Source: a virus (taxonomy: Duplodnaviria > Caudoviricetes). Taken from it: a stretch of DNA of 64,000 bases. Positions 36,429 to 46,313 of the stretch are shown piece after piece; position 1 is the first letter of the stretch, and each line of letters begins with the position of its first letter. The notes under the pieces are model-generated. The model was not told where the DNA came from, did not search any database, and saw nothing but the letters and a program-made list of their open reading frames with translations. The stretch covers positions 1 through 64,000 of IMG/VR virus record IMGVR_UViG_3300037851_001309, one strand, 5' to 3'. Both the position numbers and the translations under genes were made by a program.

Positions 36429-36811
36429 TAGCAAACAATCCTTTGTGATGTCATCAGATTAATCGAAGATCCATCCGGAGTATGAAACAAAAAAAGGCCA
36501 ATCGGAAACACCGGAGAATAGGTATTGCTTGTATCAGGGATAAATTCCGGGTACGATAGCCTTCTGGTAGAGTCAGCCGGCAAAGATACCACCGCTGTAA
36601 GATCCGCATAAGAATTGAAATTCTGAAGAACAAGGGCTGAGTATTGATAAACGTTCGTTTGATCACCAAAATCTACTATGCTCTGAAAAGGGATAGTATC
36701 TCCACGGAAAGGTAATATGGTATTCCCAATCCGCGCTGTACCCTGATTTACATATACAGTAGAATCAGACACCGAAAAACAAAAATCTTTACTAAATAAA
36801 GTTTCTAACAT
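36428..36811 (-). CDS. Hypothetical structural protein (127 aa)
   Basis: Co-oriented and tightly packed in the baseplate block. Confidence 0.75.
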   Translation of the reverse strand: MLETLFSKDFCFSVSDSTVYVNQGTARIGNTILPFRGDTIPFQSIVDFGDQTNVYQYSALVLQNFNSYADLTAVVSLPADSTRRLSYPEFIPDTSNTYSPVFPIGLFLFHTPDGSSINLMTSQRIVC

Positions 36812-36813
36812 AA

Positions 36814-39800
36814 TTAGGATATCCTGCTGATAGGTCTGTTTGGGATACGATAAACAGAGACTGAGCAGTTACCACCTGAAAAGTAACCGCCTTTATTTTC
36901 CCGATCGGAAAAAGCACTTCTTGAAAAAATCAATAGAACATATTCTCCGTGCATATAAATTCTATTTAACTTGTCTTCTATTCTTGCAATCATTGGGATA
37001 AAGATTTTTCTCGGAGCTGAAACCTGTAACCCCTCACATGTAAAGGAGATTTCTTTTGAAACTTTCGAATAAAAAGGCCTTGATACTTTGTCCAGAGTGG
37101 GCTCAGATAGAGTAATATTCCCAGAGAAACTTCCAGGAATGTATATCGGCATTTGGACATATCCCGTGTCTATTGTAACATTAGAAAAATGCATGGGATC
37201 TTTGTTATTGAATATGCTATCCCCATCAATACTTGAGTCATTGACCGGGATATGTTGCAAAGGAGTTAAATAGGGCACGCCTTGTACCCCACCTCCAGAG
37301 CCAAGATTTGAAATGTACATGACCGGTGGAACAATCACTGCCTCAACTGTCAAAGACTCTGGAAGATTAGCTTGACACTGTGGGGGTATATAATTGTAAG
37401 AAATCATCAAACCATCATTTACTGTTGTGTCCTGCATGTAGGTAAGAAGATTTTCTTTAACCAAAAGCTGTATCGTAATAATATCCCCAGGAGTAAAAGC
37501 CGAGTCATCAATTGTTATGGTATCTGTACCGAAACCCGTTACGGATACTGTTTGCATTATTGCCCCTGCACCTGAATCTCTCCAATAAATAAACTGATTT
37601 AGACTTTGGGCAGTTTCCGTAGTGGAACATCCTAAGATCTCAGCATTTGCTACCGTAACAGTTATGGGGAAAGAAGGCGTTGTTGTAACCGTAATCGATT
37701 TGGAAAATTTCGATATTTTTTTCAAAAACGGGTTGAAATTTACTGTAGCCCCATTACGGACATTTGTATCCCCTAAGGAAGACAGTGCTCCTGCTATTAT
37801 CTCAACAGTAGACCCCGAAATAAACTCGAAGCCAGGGACAGCAGTAACTATGATTTGAGACGATTGTATTTCAATATTCAAAATCCTGTGAGAAAACCCT
37901 GATGTTATATTCTTTATCCTTCGTACAGAATAGATTGAATAAGGAACGTCCTGAGCATCTGGATATACTGTGAGTGGAATAGTCAATGTAGACCCAGAGG
38001 CTGAAACCTTGGTAAAATAATGAACCTCTACAGAAGAGGCTTTGTAGTACTGTTCCGTATCAGTAGCAGAGTTGACCCGATAGGCTATCGCATAATTCCT
38101 TAAATTAGGTATCCCTGAACTCCAGGTTTCTATCACCCGATACTCATCAGTATCAGAAACACCTTGATAGAAAAAACCTGCTGAGCCCTGTCCACTAAAA
38201 TTTTTCACCAGTTTTGGTTCAGAAGGAACATAAGTCAACGCTGTTGATTTGGGGCTTATCCAGTCTGCAGAAATACGATAAGCAGTAAGAGTCGGTTCCT
38301 CCAAAGTTGTGATCGCAGACTCATCGAAAACAAACGTTACCCTATCTGTACCATGACCAGAAAAATATCCCGGAACAGGTTTCCCAAAATAGGGAGATGT
38401 CTCTGAAGCCTGATAGGTGACTTTATAGTGAGTTTCCTGTGGATGGAATATACCCAAAACAGGACCAAGTATTTGCTGTAGGGGTACAGTAGAAGACGCA
38501 GGGACATCCATCAATTCTGTCTCGATAGAAACTTCTGAGGAGAGCCCATCAGCCATTACATCAGCCAAAGTAATATAACTAATCAATTTTCCACCATTAG
38601 CTGTGGTTCCTCCAACACGATCTACCTGAAGAAGTTCTATACCATAGCGATCCCCGCCCTCACTTGATCGAAAGAAATTTGTTTTAAGAATATTTGCCAT
38701 TAACTCATCATAATGTGCAGTCATCAGCTTTTGTATTGATGGTATAACTATTCTTCTTCTAACATCAAGTATGTCTGATTCCACAACATTAGTGGCAATT
38801 AATAAATCTGGGCGAATAAAAGCGGTATTCTTTTGATGTGACCCATTTGGATTTGTTTGAGGATCGTATGTCGAAGTATTTCTCCTATTAACGAAATACA
38901 TCGGAATTGCATACACATACCCATCCACCGTATTACTACACTTTGCTCTCCAACACCCGTAATCCCCGTTAATCGAACCCATGTTCTGATAAGCATAGAT
39001 TCCCGTTACATTTGGACCCTCACCCATGATTCCTGTGGAAAGACCTGCCTCAGGGTTAGACCCAGGGTCTGCACCGGATATAACCCTAATCTTATACTGA
39101 ATTTGAACCCGACGGGTAGTTTCTATATTTGCATCCGGATGTATGGAATTGTCCGCTAAATATGTTTTTGACTTTATATTACCTTCAAAGAAAATCCTCT
39201 GCACCTCTCGCACAAATTGATCCGATTGTTGAGTACTCCATGTACTCCCACTATTTGTCGTATTTTTTATTATGGAATTAGCTCCGGCAACCCATCCCGT
39301 TGTTTGGTTTATGAAATCCGCACTGAGGATATCGTAGGCTGTTCCTGAATTCTGCTGTACCCACTGAGCCCCTATATCTTGGGTAAAGAGAATTGAACCA
39401 TTGGTTCCTACAATCCAGGCCTTGCCCTGAAAAACTGCACAAGATTCATTGTAAAAATAAGTCACCTTGACTACTGCGTTGTTTCCCGGAGGGGCATTCA
39501 AAAGAACTGCCCCCGTAGTACCATTAACGCTGTTCACCAAAACTTCGGTACCGTTAACGGTAACTTTTACATCTCTTGGGTCATTAGTTACGGTGCCATT
39601 CCCATCACCTTTGGTAATTGGGGTATTGGCAACAGTAAAAGAAGTTCCTGCTGGGCCCAGTTGGGAACTAACTTCTTCATCAGTGACAAGACGGTCCAGT
39701 GTGGGCACCATGGTAACATCTTTTAAATGTTCGGAGGTAGTTACATACCCTGACCCAGTAAAAATGTTACCAGATTGAGATACCCAAGAGGATCCCCCAT

Positions 39801-40815
39801 CAGATGTCCTAAGAATAGTCCCATTATCCCCGACAGCAAACCCAAAATTAAGGTCATAAAAATAGACTGAATTTAGTGCCTCGGCAGTACCCGATGTTTG
39901 ACGGACCCAGGAAGATCCACCATTGGTTGTTTTCAGGATAATTCCATCAGCTCCTACAACCCAACCTACTAACTGATCATAAAAATGAACCTTTCTAAGA
40001 TCAGAAGTCACCCCACTTATTAAAGGGAGCCAAGTCACCCCATTAGTTGTCTTTAGGATAGTCCCAGAGGACCCAACGGCCCAGGCAATTAATTGACTCG
40101 CGGCATGTATTGATAAAAGATTTTCAGAAATACCTGTGGTTAAATTTGTCCAGCGGGCCCCCGAGGACGTTGTTCGAGCGATAATCCCATTATCCCCAAC
40201 AACCCATCCAATGGCTTGGGTAGCATAATAGATACCATTAAGTTTTCTTTTTGTATCAATTAAAAGAACTGACCAGGTCTGACCACCATTCTGAGTCCCT
40301 AAAAGAAGACCATTATCACCACAAATCCAGCCATTGTTATTGTCATACATAAAAATACAGTTAAGGCTATCTATTACTGTAGCTGTGTCTGGCTTATTCG
40401 CTACGCTATTTGGAGAGATAAGGGCTCTCCATACCTCGAGGATTATCCCTTCTACTATGTTTCCGGTAGATGGGGGGTTACCCAACTCTATGAGATTCGC
40501 ATTCTCTTCTTGAGTTGCTGTATTCGTGACGTGAATAACATGGCCATTGACTACAGCAAATTCAGGTTTTGCCCCAACAGGGTTCTGGGTGTAAAAACTA
40601 TTGGAAAGAGACCTATCTATATGAACAGGATAATAGGATATCCAGCCAGATGGCCAAGCCATCATCTGCCGGGAACGTAACTCGTTGCTCAGCTCTTGGG
40701 AAAGATTAAGCTCCGAGTCCAAGGGCGGTTTACCCTTTTGATAAACCAGCATATCATAATTATAGCCCTGGTCATCATATACGTATGAAACGCCTGTTCC
40801 GAGATCATTTGCCAT
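36814..40815 (-). CDS. Tail-associated protein with YCF48/BNR (Asp-box) beta-propeller (1333 aa)
   Basis: Seven GW.VG.NG.I..T..GG..W repeats. Flanking sequence is paralogous to 28207..31272. AAGGA RBS. Confidence 0.85.
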   Translation of the reverse strand: MANDLGTGVSYVYDDQGYNYDMLVYQKGKPPLDSELNLSQELSNELRSRQMMAWPSGWISYYPVHIDRSLSNSFYTQNPVGAKPEFAVVNGHVIHVTNTATQEENANLIELGNPPSTGNIVEGIILEVWRALISPNSVANKPDTATVIDSLNCIFMYDNNNGWICGDNGLLLGTQNGGQTWSVLLIDTKRKLNGIYYATQAIGWVVGDNGIIARTTSSGARWTNLTTGISENLLSIHAASQLIAWAVGSSGTILKTTNGVTWLPLISGVTSDLRKVHFYDQLVGWVVGADGIILKTTNGGSSWVRQTSGTAEALNSVYFYDLNFGFAVGDNGTILRTSDGGSSWVSQSGNIFTGSGYVTTSEHLKDVTMVPTLDRLVTDEEVSSQLGPAGTSFTVANTPITKGDGNGTVTNDPRDVKVTVNGTEVLVNSVNGTTGAVLLNAPPGNNAVVKVTYFYNESCAVFQGKAWIVGTNGSILFTQDIGAQWVQQNSGTAYDILSADFINQTTGWVAGANSIIKNTTNSGSTWSTQQSDQFVREVQRIFFEGNIKSKTYLADNSIHPDANIETTRRVQIQYKIRVISGADPGSNPEAGLSTGIMGEGPNVTGIYAYQNMGSINGDYGCWRAKCSNTVDGYVYAIPMYFVNRRNTSTYDPQTNPNGSHQKNTAFIRPDLLIATNVVESDILDVRRRIVIPSIQKLMTAHYDELMANILKTNFFRSSEGGDRYGIELLQVDRVGGTTANGGKLISYITLADVMADGLSSEVSIETELMDVPASSTVPLQQILGPVLGIFHPQETHYKVTYQASETSPYFGKPVPGYFSGHGTDRVTFVFDESAITTLEEPTLTAYRISADWISPKSTALTYVPSEPKLVKNFSGQGSAGFFYQGVSDTDEYRVIETWSSGIPNLRNYAIAYRVNSATDTEQYYKASSVEVHYFTKVSASGSTLTIPLTVYPDAQDVPYSIYSVRRIKNITSGFSHRILNIEIQSSQIIVTAVPGFEFISGSTVEIIAGALSSLGDTNVRNGATVNFNPFLKKISKFSKSITVTTTPSFPITVTVANAEILGCSTTETAQSLNQFIYWRDSGAGAIMQTVSVTGFGTDTITIDDSAFTPGDIITIQLLVKENLLTYMQDTTVNDGLMISYNYIPPQCQANLPESLTVEAVIVPPVMYISNLGSGGGVQGVPYLTPLQHIPVNDSSIDGDSIFNNKDPMHFSNVTIDTGYVQMPIYIPGSFSGNITLSEPTLDKVSRPFYSKVSKEISFTCEGLQVSAPRKIFIPMIARIEDKLNRIYMHGEYVLLIFSRSAFSDRENKGGYFSGGNCSVSVYRIPNRPISRIS

Positions 40816-40827
40816 ATTAAATTTCCT

Positions 40828-43800
40828 TTACAAACTCTGTTTCGTCACCTGTCTGGGAGTGTCATAAGTAACAGAGAAAGACCCTATTTTCAGATACTCC
40901 AAAGATGATGCTTGGATATCATTCGACCCTAACTCACCTTTGGTGTAGTATGCCACCTGATATTTTTTTGTATCAGGCAAGGCACCGTCCTTTGTACTTA
41001 CAACAATTTTCCCATCTGCCTGGATATAAGCGCGTCCTGGACCATTTGAAACGTCCAAAGGGTCGTTTTGAAGAATTAAGGCAAGGTTATCCTCAAAAAC
41101 TCCCCGGAAAAAAGTTTCAGGACCGCCTTTGTCCACGGTTTTATAGGTTAACACTGAAACCGTAGTTATATAAGCAACGGATGAACCCTGATTATAAATC
41201 TGAAAGGTAGGAGTTCCTATATCATCTCTGACGATAAAAGAATTATCTGCCTTAGCCATTTTTATAAAAGGAAGAACAACATAATCCACATCAGAAACAT
41301 TTTGAATTGCATGCACTACTTCAGCCTGAGTTAAGGAAACTCCAACACCTTTTTCAGCTATATAATTTGAAACCGAAGTCTGAATTTGTGAAGTCAAACG
41401 TTCAAAATTGGTTACCCCAGATTTAGGAATGACCGTGATAATAAAATCAATACTATTTTGAACAGCTTCCTTGGCTATGACATCAGCACAAGCATGTTTC
41501 ATCTTATCGATTTCAGTCTGGACAGATTTTAAGAGAGAATTAATCGTGTAGGTAATAGTAAAATTTTCGATAGCAATGTAACTGATTAAAGTCAGTTGAC
41601 CATTTTCGATCATCCCATTATCAATCATCAGTATTGTCGTAGGAGAGGAGACTGTACCAGGATCAACCGTATAATCTGAATCCTTGATGTAGGTTATCGT
41701 CTTATCTGAATTGGTCACAATAATTGACTGAGGATCAACCCCAATAAACTGCAGGGGCTCTTTTATACCCTGTACAAGGACATGCTCCTCATCTGTTATT
41801 GATTGAAATTCCGTAACGGGAAGCCCGTTCACATATTTTATCCGTAATCCATCTTTGGCAATAGTTGAAAAACCCTCCTCCAGAGGATCTTGTAGCTTTA
41901 CCAGTTCCCAGTTATCCTGCGGGAGTGTTCCAGATATCTGCCCTACCACAGACACGATATTTGAGACCGGTTGATTCTCAAGAACAAAGACATCCGAACT
42001 TCGATATTTATAATCAATCTTAATAATGTCTTCTGACACTAAACCTACAGCAACATTAACAGGAAGAGCTTCATCAAGTTCTACCGTATCCCCATCGCCG
42101 ATAATTTTATAGCCTGTAATGTCATATTTCTTGGCTTTAGTGGAATTATAAACCTGGGTTACTTCAAATATTGGAGTATGGGCAGTTACTCTCGGATTCT
42201 CTGTCTTGAATTGATAGGCTGTAGCATTGATAACCCTAAATTGCTCACCGGACAAGCCCCCGGTACCTGATTCAAATGAAAAGGCTATCTGGTCCGATAC
42301 TTGTTTAGAGCGTTTTCCTTGTATGTAAACGTCAACCTTCCCCCCAATGTGCTCTTTCCTGATATCATCGTAATCTCGCCACATTAAAGGATCACCAGCC
42401 TTTTCCACTCGAACTCCCTGGACCCCCGATACAGACACAGCAGTTTTTGCGTAACCACCTTCGGTTCCAGTATCTGCAAAATAAGCCAGCATTATTCGGC
42501 CTGCCAGGTCGTGATTGCTTTCTCTATCCTGGCCAAACATCACAGCGTTGGGGTTTTCTACCAAAAAGTCCGTATCTACTCCGGAGCTAATGCTTCGAAT
42601 TGTGTATGAGTCGGTGTTGCCAGCAGACCCAGAATTTACGGCTTCTATTGCGACCTCAAGTTCATACCTTTGTGTGGTTAAATTGTAAAAAGAGTCCCTA
42701 TTATTGTAAGAAAGAATTTTTGTTTCTGTACAGCGGTAAGACTGAGACGGGATCCCCTGATCTGTGTCCCCGAGAGTTGAAACTACTGCCCCCTCATTAA
42801 CAACCATATTTCTTATGGGAGGGTTTGGGGTATAAAACAGAGCGGTACCAATCGCCCTTTCAGATCCTCTTCGAGCAACATTCACATTAGAGGCTAATTT
42901 ATCAAACTGATCATCAACAATTCTTTGCACCTGGTTTGGGTCTGTCAGGTACAAAGCAATCTGAAGTGCTTTTTTGGGAAGGGATTGATTAACAGGATCG
43001 CTAACAGCATCCCCATCAGCATCATCGAAATCCTGCAGAGCGCTAACAGACAATGATCTAGCCAAAAAATCCTGAATCACATATGTTCGAGCCTGCTCTT
43101 CCGAGACAGGATCCACTATGTCTCTAAGAACTGTTCCGGGCTTCATATCAATACCGGAATTAGAAGCAAGAAGCTCTCTGGTATAAGTCAGGATGATATC
43201 ACTTTGGGTTCTTGATGGAAGATCTTGAATACCCGTAGTGATTGAAATCGGGGATCCTTCTAATTCCAAAGAATATGTGCTTTCAGTACTTTGCCCAAGA
43301 AGAGGGTCATAAATCACCGCAGAAATAACAAAGAAGAAAGGAACATCCTGATTGAACCCTATTGCAGGTATCAGGCCTTGAGCAACCATTGAGGCATAAA
43401 TGGCCTCAGTGAAAAAATAAGAATAATAGTATGTTCTTTTTACTTCTTCTGTTATTGTTGTGACTCGAATCTCTCCTACCGTATTTACCGTTTTGCTGAT
43501 TTCAGTAACAACATCTTGATAGAATGAAACCTGATTAACGATTTGACTGTTAATTTTCACATACTCATTGTTAACACCGCCACTTTGGTAGCTCACATAG
43601 AAATTGTATCCAATGATATTTGGCTCGGAATTTTGAGCACAGATAATTTCAAGTTTGTCCTGATATCTTTTAAGTTGTATCCCTGTAGGAGAAGCTACCG
43701 TAATAAAATTATCTTCCTGAGTAACCGTTATATTGATAGAAGTTACGGGACTCGTAAGACCGGTAACTCTCTCAACTGCAACGATTTGAATGGTATTAAC

Positions 43801-43992
43801 CCCATACTCTAAAGTACCAGTCCAAGCCCAAGCGGTTTCTCCCGCAGTATAGGAAACTCCATACAAGGAGTCGTTAACCCTAATTTGCTGGGTATTTCCA
43901 GAAGTGGTTCCGGAAAGGGTTTGAGTTCTGGTATCGGTAGCATAATCTGCCCCACCAGAAGGGAGTAAAATTACGGGTGCTGGTATCGCCAT
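40828..43992 (-). CDS. Baseplate J-like (gp6-type) wedge protein (1054 aa)
   Basis: IDMKPGTVLRDIVDP, AIEAVNSGSAGN, FGQDRESNHDLAGRI, GHVDVY-like GKVDVYI, and C-terminal QIQTSVSNYI..GVSLTQAEVVHAIQNVSDVDYV. Confidence 0.85.
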   Translation of the reverse strand: MAIPAPVILLPSGGADYATDTRTQTLSGTTSGNTQQIRVNDSLYGVSYTAGETAWAWTGTLEYGVNTIQIVAVERVTGLTSPVTSINITVTQEDNFITVASPTGIQLKRYQDKLEIICAQNSEPNIIGYNFYVSYQSGGVNNEYVKINSQIVNQVSFYQDVVTEISKTVNTVGEIRVTTITEEVKRTYYYSYFFTEAIYASMVAQGLIPAIGFNQDVPFFFVISAVIYDPLLGQSTESTYSLELEGSPISITTGIQDLPSRTQSDIILTYTRELLASNSGIDMKPGTVLRDIVDPVSEEQARTYVIQDFLARSLSVSALQDFDDADGDAVSDPVNQSLPKKALQIALYLTDPNQVQRIVDDQFDKLASNVNVARRGSERAIGTALFYTPNPPIRNMVVNEGAVVSTLGDTDQGIPSQSYRCTETKILSYNNRDSFYNLTTQRYELEVAIEAVNSGSAGNTDSYTIRSISSGVDTDFLVENPNAVMFGQDRESNHDLAGRIMLAYFADTGTEGGYAKTAVSVSGVQGVRVEKAGDPLMWRDYDDIRKEHIGGKVDVYIQGKRSKQVSDQIAFSFESGTGGLSGEQFRVINATAYQFKTENPRVTAHTPIFEVTQVYNSTKAKKYDITGYKIIGDGDTVELDEALPVNVAVGLVSEDIIKIDYKYRSSDVFVLENQPVSNIVSVVGQISGTLPQDNWELVKLQDPLEEGFSTIAKDGLRIKYVNGLPVTEFQSITDEEHVLVQGIKEPLQFIGVDPQSIIVTNSDKTITYIKDSDYTVDPGTVSSPTTILMIDNGMIENGQLTLISYIAIENFTITYTINSLLKSVQTEIDKMKHACADVIAKEAVQNSIDFIITVIPKSGVTNFERLTSQIQTSVSNYIAEKGVGVSLTQAEVVHAIQNVSDVDYVVLPFIKMAKADNSFIVRDDIGTPTFQIYNQGSSVAYITTVSVLTYKTVDKGGPETFFRGVFEDNLALILQNDPLDVSNGPGRAYIQADGKIVVSTKDGALPDTKKYQVAYYTKGELGSNDIQASSLEYLKIGSFSVTYDTPRQVTKQSL

Positions 43993-43996
43993 AATA

Positions 43997-44719
43997 TCAT
44001 GCTCTTATCTTTAATAGTTGCTCAAATTGTACAGTTTTTCCTGAAACAGCAGTTACTACAACATTAGCCCTGTAAACAGTCGGGTCTGCTTCATCCTGCG
44101 TAACTGTAATACTTTCAACGGATTGTAGTAACTCCCCTTCAGTAACTGGACGCCCAGTTTGTTTATACTGGCTCTGAAGGTCTTTTAATTTGTTCAGAGC
44201 ACGGCTTATTTCTGCGGTAATCTGAGAAACAAGAAAAGAGGAATTCACAACCCTTGTTCCTATAAGACCTTCAAGAGAGGTCCCCAAGAAAGAATGAAAA
44301 GGGTTGCTATTTATTCTTGTAATCATAAATTTTTCAACGTTTTGCATCAAAAGATACTCATCCCTGAGTATCGGTAAATTTCCTCGAACATCATAACTGA
44401 TGTCATCCAAATAACCAGATCCCACACACTTTGCACAGTACTGAACCAAAGTCAGGTAACTTATTTCAAAATAATCAGTTGGAGATTTCCATTTATCCTT
44501 GAAATGAACCACTTTGGAACGTTTGATCTCCTGTGCTGGATCATCAACAAACGTATACAGGCTTTCAGGAATAAGGTTGTCCGTAGCATAAACTTTTAGC
44601 GTAGATGTCGATGCTATCGGCTTATCCGTGCGAAGAATACGCCGATCAGAGTCAATGACACTCAGCTCTCGAAAGACCTCGTGATTGCAGGTCGTAGTTA
44701 GGTTTATATCAAAAGACAT
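43997..44719 (-). CDS. gp25/GPW-like baseplate wedge protein with N-terminal extension (240 aa)
   Basis: C-terminal LMQNVEKFMITRINSNPFHSFLGTSLEGLIG..EISRAL..VESITV..VYRANVVV is a gp25-like pattern. Lies directly upstream of baseplate J. Confidence 0.75.
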   Translation of the reverse strand: MSFDINLTTTCNHEVFRELSVIDSDRRILRTDKPIASTSTLKVYATDNLIPESLYTFVDDPAQEIKRSKVVHFKDKWKSPTDYFEISYLTLVQYCAKCVGSGYLDDISYDVRGNLPILRDEYLLMQNVEKFMITRINSNPFHSFLGTSLEGLIGTRVVNSSFLVSQITAEISRALNKLKDLQSQYKQTGRPVTEGELLQSVESITVTQDEADPTVYRANVVVTAVSGKTVQFEQLLKIRA

Positions 44720-44733
44720 AGTTATAGCCAGAA

Positions 44734-44748
44734 GTATCAGAACATTAT
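44734..44748 (-). promoter_or_regulatory. Putative late-promoter motif ATAATGTTCTGATAC
   Basis: Occupies the 41-nt gap upstream of the gp25-like gene, with one A>G change in the core. Confidence 0.6.
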
Positions 44749-44760
44749 TAAAGAAAAGGA

Positions 44761-46305
44761 TTAATACTTTCTCTCTTCAACATTACAAGCGGTTCCGGAC
44801 TCGATCGCTCCCTGAATTTTTTCGATGTATTTTTGATAATCTTCTTCCAAAATATCCTGGTTTATCCTGTAGCTGGTTGCTTTGTCATAGGCTAACCGAG
44901 CATTATTCAGAACAAAGGAATCGTGCTGATTTTTTGACGTATATGTTTTTCGTTCTATAGTCAAGGTATAATCAGAGGTATTTGAATTTTTTGGAGAGCG
45001 GATTGCTTTGTCTACTTCTGCATAAGAATTCCCCAGAGAATTCATAGCCTCGGCATTACTCTTGGTAACCTTTCTGGCGGCATTACTAAACTGTGATGCA
45101 ATTAATAAAGATGCACTTTCCTCAGCTTTAGCCAACCCTTTCTGATCTTTAACCATGGCCTGTTCATTTTCTGATTTTGTGGTATCACTACATAAAGGCA
45201 TGCCATCATACAATCCGATCATCTCTCTCCTCATTTTAGATGTTATTGCATCGGAAAAGTAAGAAGCATCAAGAACAGAATTTAGATTTACCCCAAAAAT
45301 TTGCACTGGTTTACCTGTTGGAGATAATCCACTCAATACATTATTTATAGCATTTGTTGATGCAGTAACATAATGATCGATGGTTGCCGTCAACTCATTA
45401 AAAGCGTTACCCTTTCTCGGAGTCCTTTTCATATCATTTTGTCTACTGACATTTTGAGATATATGTCCATCATTAATATTCCTGAACATCAAATCTACGT
45501 TTTTTTTCATATCCGATGTTATAATAGGATTTCCTGCTGAGTCTTTATTATCTGCAAGTACTTTTGCTCTTCTCTCCAATAATTCATTGAGAGCTTTCCC
45601 ATTTTCATCACAGCCTGGATCCTCAAGAAGCAACTTAAGGTTACCTTTTAGTACATCTGGGTCTCTTTCTGCGTAAGCCTTAAAGGTTTGGGAAAGCAGT
45701 TGATACTGTGTTGCTATAGGAGCAGAACTGCTGAATTTCCTTGAACTACTTGAATCCGTAGAAAGGTCTCTATATCTTTGATATATCTCATAAAGCATAT
45801 ATACAGTCTCATACTGTGACTTTGCTATGTTATCTCGGGCAGTAATAATATTAGCATCTTTAATTTCAGCTAATTGTTTTACCGCTGATTCTTTTTGAGT
45901 TGTAAAATTCAGAATACTTTGATTTACTACTTTTATCTCCTGCTCAAGTTTGTTAAGCTGAACCTTAGCAATCTCATTACCTTCACCCAATAACCTTTGA
46001 ATTCTATTTATCCGAGGGTCAGGATCTTGAGTCATTGGATCATAAGTTCTTATAGATTGCTCAGGGGTTGTAGTTTGAAATCTATCCGGGGATAACAATA
46101 ACTCCAAATCTTTCCTTCGAAGATTTCTATTTATATTTTGAAGAACAACCCAGTAGGAAGACTTTAAATTTTGAAGATCCCTTTGTAATCCAATAAGTTT
46201 CCTGTTAGCATTATCAATAGACGTACGAAGGGTCTGTATTTCTACATTTTTATCCCCTTCAGTTATTTGAAGGAGTTCTCGAACAGTTACTTGTGTGACA
46301 GCCAT
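44761..46305 (-). CDS. Hypothetical coiled-coil-rich protein (514 aa)
   Basis: Heptad-like N-terminal third. AGGGA RBS. No recognised family. Confidence 0.8.
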   Translation of the reverse strand: MAVTQVTVRELLQITEGDKNVEIQTLRTSIDNANRKLIGLQRDLQNLKSSYWVVLQNINRNLRRKDLELLLSPDRFQTTTPEQSIRTYDPMTQDPDPRINRIQRLLGEGNEIAKVQLNKLEQEIKVVNQSILNFTTQKESAVKQLAEIKDANIITARDNIAKSQYETVYMLYEIYQRYRDLSTDSSSSRKFSSSAPIATQYQLLSQTFKAYAERDPDVLKGNLKLLLEDPGCDENGKALNELLERRAKVLADNKDSAGNPIITSDMKKNVDLMFRNINDGHISQNVSRQNDMKRTPRKGNAFNELTATIDHYVTASTNAINNVLSGLSPTGKPVQIFGVNLNSVLDASYFSDAITSKMRREMIGLYDGMPLCSDTTKSENEQAMVKDQKGLAKAEESASLLIASQFSNAARKVTKSNAEAMNSLGNSYAEVDKAIRSPKNSNTSDYTLTIERKTYTSKNQHDSFVLNNARLAYDKATSYRINQDILEEDYQKYIEKIQGAIESGTACNVEERKY

Positions 46306-46313
46306 AAGAATCC

